64,000 nt of DNA. Origin: Pseudomonadota bacterium (GTDB lineage Bacteria > Pseudomonadota > Alphaproteobacteria > Rhizobiales > Pleomorphomonadaceae). Shown here one piece after another: positions 59,512-64,000 of this stretch (position 1 is its first letter; every line of letters begins with the position of its first letter). The notes beneath the pieces were generated by a model, which saw nothing but the letters and a program-made list of their open reading frames with translations, was not told where the DNA came from and did not search any database. A program made the position numbers and the translations under genes. The stretch spans positions 7,528-71,527 of the forward strand of contig JAGSYU010000006.1 of NCBI GenBank assembly GCA_018262575.1, written 5' to 3'.

Positions 59512-59949
59512 ATGCCCGTTTCTTCTCACGATCGCCGACCCCGCATCGGCGTCAGCGTCGGTGTCTGGCGCGGCGGCGATGTGCTGCTGGTGGAACGGTC
59601 GGGCGACCCGTCGGGTGGGCTTTGGAGCTTCCCGGGCGGTCATCTCGAGTGGGGTGAGAGCCTCGAAGATGCCGCGCGCCGCGAGGTATTGGAGGAGACC
59701 GGCCTCAGGATCACGCTTGTCGGCATCCCCATGGTCCACCAAGTGATTCTTTCGGGTCGCGACGGCGACACCTTTCGCCACTACGTGCTGATCGTCTTCG
59801 CGGCGACGGCAGCCGCCAACGCCGAGCCGGTGGCAGCCTCCGACGCGCTCGCGGCCCGCTTCGTTCGTCCCGAGCGGCTCGTCGATTTCAACCTGACGCC
59901 AAAGCTCGCCGCGTTCGTCGACCGCACACGGCAGCTCGTCGAAGGCTGA
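59512..59949 (+). CDS. NUDIX hydrolase
   Basis: Nudix box GGHLEWGESLEDAARREVLEETG. Confidence 0.93.
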   Translation: MPVSSHDRRPRIGVSVGVWRGGDVLLVERSGDPSGGLWSFPGGHLEWGESLEDAARREVLEETGLRITLVGIPMVHQVILSGRDGDTFRHYVLIVFAATAAANAEPVAASDALAARFVRPERLVDFNLTPKLAAFVDRTRQLVEG

Positions 59950-60020
59950 GGGCCGTCCTTGCCCCGCCCGGGCGGACGGTCCAGAATGCCGGCAAGGTTC
60001 GGTGCGACAGGGGGCGTTTC

Positions 60021-60422
60021 TTGCTGAAGGTATTGGCCGTGTTCGTGACGCTTGCCTCGGCGACGCCTCTTCTGGCCGCTGACGCCACGCCACCGCCCTA
60101 TCAGGCCGACCTCCTGCGCCTTTCCGAAGTGCTCGGCGCGGCAGCCTATCTCGATGGCCTGTGCGGCGGGGCGGCGGCGGACGACTGGCGCGGCAAGATG
60201 GCCGCCCTCATCGACGCCCAGGGGCTCGACGGACCGGCGCGCCGGCCGTATGTGGAAGCCTTCAACCGTGGCCAGCGCACCTTCGCGGTCGCCCATCGGA
60301 CTTGCACGGCAGCGGCGCGCGGCGTGCTCCAGCGCTACTTTGACGAGGGGGCTCGGCTCTCCGATCGCCTTGACCAGCGCTTCGGCCGAACCGGCGATTC
60401 GCCCGCCTCGTCCGTCCCCTGA
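60021..60422 (+). CDS. TIGR02301-family exported protein
   Basis: Signal peptide; LLRLSEVLGA..YL..LC, W...M, AFNRG, CT. Confidence 0.8.
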   Translation: MLKVLAVFVTLASATPLLAADATPPPYQADLLRLSEVLGAAAYLDGLCGGAAADDWRGKMAALIDAQGLDGPARRPYVEAFNRGQRTFAVAHRTCTAAARGVLQRYFDEGARLSDRLDQRFGRTGDSPASSVP

Positions 60423-60425
60423 TGG

Positions 60426-60441
60426 TTACCCATTCGTTAAC
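60426..60441 (+). promoter_or_regulatory. Possible CtrA box
   Basis: TTAC-N7-TTAAC, with further TTAA half-sites at 60460 and 60470. Confidence 0.35.
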
Positions 60442-60585
60442 CGCGTTTCTTCAAACTCGTTAACGCTCTTTAACGGTTGGCGTTGCGTCGATGGAGAAGG
60501 ATGATAGTGTGACGCCCGTGAATGATGCGGATCGGCGGCGGCCCAGCGTGCCTCCAACGATTCCCTAAGGTGCGGATGGGGTCCG

Positions 60586-60855
60586 ATGTCGGATATGCGG
60601 GATGAACTGCTGGAGCCGGTCGAGGCTACGGTGGGCGACAATTTCAAGCATCGGGCCATGACTCACATGGAGCGCGCCTTTGACGACGCCGACGATGACG
60701 GCATACCCGTCGACGCCGTCGCCCACGCTGCCCTGTTCGCCGCAATAACGACACTCGTCGAGTGCTTCGGCGAGGAGAGTGTTGCGCGGCTCGTTGCCGA
60801 GCTTCCGGAGAAGATCTCGTCGGGCAGCTACACGTTGCTCCGGACTCTGCAGTAA
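60586..60855 (+). CDS. Conserved hypothetical protein
   Basis: DGIP.DAVAHAALFAA...FGEE pattern; host-like codon usage. Confidence 0.7.
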   Translation: MSDMRDELLEPVEATVGDNFKHRAMTHMERAFDDADDDGIPVDAVAHAALFAAITTLVECFGEESVARLVAELPEKISSGSYTLLRTLQ

Positions 60856-60891
60856 GACGGGGCGGGCCGTCGCGCGAGGCCGGGGGAAGAC

Positions 60892-61581
60892 ATGCGGATT
60901 TCCATCGGAGCGCTCTTGTTCGCCGCGGCGACCGCGGCGGGCCTTTGGCTGTGGACTGCACCGATGGCGCTCGCCTTCGGAGTCCAATCCCCACCGGAAG
61001 AGGGCCGGTCGCCCGGCGACGGCGGTTTCGGCTTCAGCATCCCCGGCGGTGACGGATTCGGCGTTACGCCCGATGCCGAAGTGACGAGCCCGTCGGGCGA
61101 GGACGCGGCAAGCCCCCTCCCCAAGGTGAATTACGATCTCTCGACGCTGCCGCCGGCCGTCGCTGCCATGCGCGAAAAGATCATCGGGGCCGCCCGCTCC
61201 GGCGATGAGGCGCAGATGCGGGCGGTGATCGGCCTTTCCACTCCGCCGCCGGTGTTCTCTTCGACCGGCGAGGGCGACCCGATCGACATTCTGAAGGCAG
61301 CCTCCGGCGACACCGCCGGGCTCGAAGTGCTGGCCATCATGCTTGACGTGCTCGACACGGGATGGGTGGTGAAGGGCGAGGGTACGCCGCAGGTCCGCTA
61401 CGTCTGGCCCTATTTTGCCGAGATTCCGCCCGACACCCTCGACCGCCGCCAACTCGTCGAGGCCTATCGCGTGCTGACGGCCGGCGATTTCGAGGAAATG
61501 CGGGCGATCGGCTCCTACGAGTTCTATCGGCTGGAGATCGGCGCGGATGGACGCTGGCTGCTGTTCATGGCCGGCGAATGA
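60892..61581 (+). CDS. Conserved exported hypothetical protein
   Basis: Signal peptide; LP.AV..MR..I..AARSGD, YVWPYF, Y.FYR..I..DG.W..F.AG. Confidence 0.8.
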   Translation: MRISIGALLFAAATAAGLWLWTAPMALAFGVQSPPEEGRSPGDGGFGFSIPGGDGFGVTPDAEVTSPSGEDAASPLPKVNYDLSTLPPAVAAMREKIIGAARSGDEAQMRAVIGLSTPPPVFSSTGEGDPIDILKAASGDTAGLEVLAIMLDVLDTGWVVKGEGTPQVRYVWPYFAEIPPDTLDRRQLVEAYRVLTAGDFEEMRAIGSYEFYRLEIGADGRWLLFMAGE

Positions 61582-62992
61582 CCCGGTCGGGATTGAGGAT
61601 GCCCTCGGGATCGAGCGCGTCCTTCAGGCGGCCCATCAACTCAAGATCGAGCGGCGATTTCACGTCGGCAAGGAGATTGACCTTTAGCCGGCCGACGCCG
61701 TGCTCGGCGGCCACCGAGCCATCGTATTTGCGCACCACGCCATGCACGACGGCATTCATCTTGTCCCAGCGATCGAGGAAGGCCTGACGGTCGCCGCCTT
61801 CGGGCTGGCTGACGTTGAAGTGGATGTTGCCATCGCCCATGTGGCCGAAGGGCACCGGCCGGCAGCCAGGGAAAGCCGCCTGCACGGCGGTCATCGCCTC
61901 ATCGAGGAAGGCCGGCAGATCACCGATCGGCACGGAGACGTCGTGCTTGATCGAGCCACCTTCGTGCTTCTGCACCTCGCTCATGCCGTGACGAAGTCGC
62001 CAGAAATCGTCGATCTGGGAGAGCGACTGCGCCACCGCCGCGTCGAGCACCTCGTCCGCCGCCATTGCGCCGTCGAGAACATCGAGGACGACCGCATTCG
62101 CCTCCGTGTCGGACAGACCTGAACTGACCTCGACGAGTACGTACCAAGGCGCCTGGGCTGCCGGCAGACGGGCGCCGGGCAGATGGCGCAGCGCGAATTG
62201 CATGGCAAGGCCGGACATCAACTCGAAGCCGGTCAGGCCGAAGCTCGCCGCCGCCTGGGCACGAGCGAACAGGTCGAGTGCGGCGGCCGGCGAAGCGACC
62301 GAGACGAAGGCGGCGGCCAGCCCGCGCGGACGGTGACGGAGCCGCAGTGCCGCTGCCGTGATGATGCCCAGCGTGCCCTCCGAACCGATAAACAATTGTT
62401 TCAGATCATAACCGGCATTGTCCTTTCCAAGCTGCCGGAGGCCGTTCCAGACACGGCCATCGGCAAGCACCACTTCGAGGCCAAGCACAAGGTTGCGCGC
62501 GTTGCCATAGGCGAGCACCGCGGTGCCGCCGGCATTGGTGGCGATGTTGCCGCCGATCTGACAGGAGCCGAGCGAAGCCAGCGTCAGCGGGAACATGCGG
62601 CCCGCCGCCTCCGCCGCCGCATGCACGGCGGCGAGCGGCATGCCAGCCTCGACGACCATGCTGTTGCCGAGGGGATCGAGCGAGCGAACCTTGTCAAGCC
62701 GTTCGAGAGAAACGACAATTTCCTGCTGCCCCGGTATAGGGATCTGTCCGCCGACCAGGCCGGTATTGCCACCCTGCGGCACGATGGGCGTCTTCGTCTG
62801 ATGGGCAAGACGCAGGATGGCCGCGACTTCCGCCGTGTCGGCCGGCCGCAATACGAGCGGCGTTTCGCCTTTGTAGAGGTCGCGCCATTCCACGAGATAG
62901 CGGGCTTTGTCAGCGGCCTCCACCAGGGCGTGGCCGGGCGCGACGAGGGCCTTGAAACGGGAGATGAGGGCGGGCGTCAGCGGAGTTTTCAT
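61565..62992 (-). CDS. FAD-binding oxidoreductase (D-2-hydroxyacid dehydrogenase-like)
   Basis: PQGGNTGLVGG, GGNIATNAGG, KDNAGYDL, GSEGTLGI, GHMGDGNIH, AEHGVG. Confidence 0.92.
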   Translation of the reverse strand: MKTPLTPALISRFKALVAPGHALVEAADKARYLVEWRDLYKGETPLVLRPADTAEVAAILRLAHQTKTPIVPQGGNTGLVGGQIPIPGQQEIVVSLERLDKVRSLDPLGNSMVVEAGMPLAAVHAAAEAAGRMFPLTLASLGSCQIGGNIATNAGGTAVLAYGNARNLVLGLEVVLADGRVWNGLRQLGKDNAGYDLKQLFIGSEGTLGIITAAALRLRHRPRGLAAAFVSVASPAAALDLFARAQAAASFGLTGFELMSGLAMQFALRHLPGARLPAAQAPWYVLVEVSSGLSDTEANAVVLDVLDGAMAADEVLDAAVAQSLSQIDDFWRLRHGMSEVQKHEGGSIKHDVSVPIGDLPAFLDEAMTAVQAAFPGCRPVPFGHMGDGNIHFNVSQPEGGDRQAFLDRWDKMNAVVHGVVRKYDGSVAAEHGVGRLKVNLLADVKSPLDLELMGRLKDALDPEGILNPDRVIRRP

Positions 62993-63154
62993 GTAGCGGA
63001 ACCTACAGCCGCCAACCGTCGTCGTCGAGGGCGGGCACTGGTCCGGGAGCGGTAACGGTGGACCAGCCGGAGAGCCCTCCCCGCGACTTGCTATTGTCAT
63101 AATGCTTGTGTCATACGAGCACGACATCAGGATTTGATTAGGCGGGGTTACAAA

Positions 63155-63973
63155 ATGGCAGGTGCTGTGGGTCTGATGGCGGGCAAGCGTGGCCTGATCA
63201 TGGGATTGGCCAACAACCGTTCCATCGCCTGGGGAATTGCCAAGTCGCTCCATGCCGCCGGCGCCGAGATTGCGTTGACCTACCAGGGCGACGCGCTGAG
63301 GAAACGCGTTGAACCACTGGCCGCCGAGCTCGATGCCATCGTGGTGGGCCACTGCGACGTGGCCGAAGCCGATACCATCGACGCCGTGTTCGCGACGCTC
63401 GCCGAGAAGTGGGGCAAGATCGACTTCCTGGTGCACGCCATCGGCTTCTCGGACAAGGACGAGCTGACCGGCCGCTACGTCGACACCTCCGAAGCCAATT
63501 TCCAGAAGACGATGCTGATCTCGGTCTATTCCTTCACGGCGGTCGCCCGACGCGCCGAGAAGCTGATGACCGGTAGCGGTTCGATGTTGACGCTGACCTA
63601 CTACGGCGCCGAGAAGGTGATGCCCAACTACAACGTGATGGGTGTGGCCAAGGCAGCGCTGGAGGCGTCGGTCAAATACCTCGCCGTCGACCTCGGTCCG
63701 CGCAATATCCGCGTCAACGCGGTCTCGGCCGGCCCGATCAAGACGCTGGCCGCCTCCGGCATCGGCGACTTCCGCTATATTCTGAAGTGGAACGAGTATA
63801 ATGCGCCGCTGCGCCGCACCGTCACCATCGAGGAAGTGGGCGACAGTGCGCTCTATCTCCTGTCCGATCTCAGCCGCGCCGTCACCGGCGAAGTGCTGCA
63901 CGTCGACAGCGGCTATCATACCGTTGGCATGAAGGCGGTCGACGCGCCGGATATTTCGGTCATCAAGGACTGA
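63155..63973 (+). CDS. fabI: Enoyl-ACP reductase
   Basis: GLANNRSIAWGIA, YNVMGVAKAALE, AGPIKTLAA. Confidence 0.96.
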   Translation: MAGAVGLMAGKRGLIMGLANNRSIAWGIAKSLHAAGAEIALTYQGDALRKRVEPLAAELDAIVVGHCDVAEADTIDAVFATLAEKWGKIDFLVHAIGFSDKDELTGRYVDTSEANFQKTMLISVYSFTAVARRAEKLMTGSGSMLTLTYYGAEKVMPNYNVMGVAKAALEASVKYLAVDLGPRNIRVNAVSAGPIKTLAASGIGDFRYILKWNEYNAPLRRTVTIEEVGDSALYLLSDLSRAVTGEVLHVDSGYHTVGMKAVDAPDISVIKD

Positions 63974-64000
63974 GCAAAGCGGATTTCCAGACCAAAGTGG

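Noticed and set aside
63093-63115. Pho box upstream of fabI (two TGTCAT)
   Set aside because: Half-sites are not at the 11-bp period

Overview
GC-rich alphaproteobacterial chromosome window; the rnd-ppx-ppk-hdaA-AI-2E-purMN order and fabI point to Hyphomicrobiales/Rhizobiales. Bases 1-31172 are the right part of a temperate podovirus-like prophage. It carries a split primase/helicase module, a non-coding control/origin region, terS/terL, T7-like portal, scaffold, capsid, tail tube/nozzle and ejection proteins, a tail fibre, and a lysis cassette. It ends in the 3' half of tRNA-Asn(GTT), the att core; the integrase and the intact tRNA must lie left of the window. Bases ~31250-64000 are host genes: a ROK/GH1/sugar-ABC cluster, TetR/SDR, a Pho-box-led alkaline phosphatase operon with a His-rich MacB-type ABC system, LysR/DUF1127, sdaA, photolyase, and housekeeping genes. 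The most unusual signals are: (1) two 95-bp non-coding direct repeats with compensatory base changes flanking a multi-branched structure beside the phage origin (candidate ncRNA or ssDNA element); (2) several candidate anti-defence genes in the virion operon (a DUF2829/Tad2-like fusion, a PGDYG/Acb4-like protein, a degenerate PBECR nuclease domain in an ejection protein), plus early GapR- and Lar-like genes; (3) structured leaders before the capsid and tail-fibre genes; (4) a candidate metal-loading system for an alkaline phosphatase that itself appears to carry an in-frame deletion. All family assignments come from motif recognition by eye; no searches were run.
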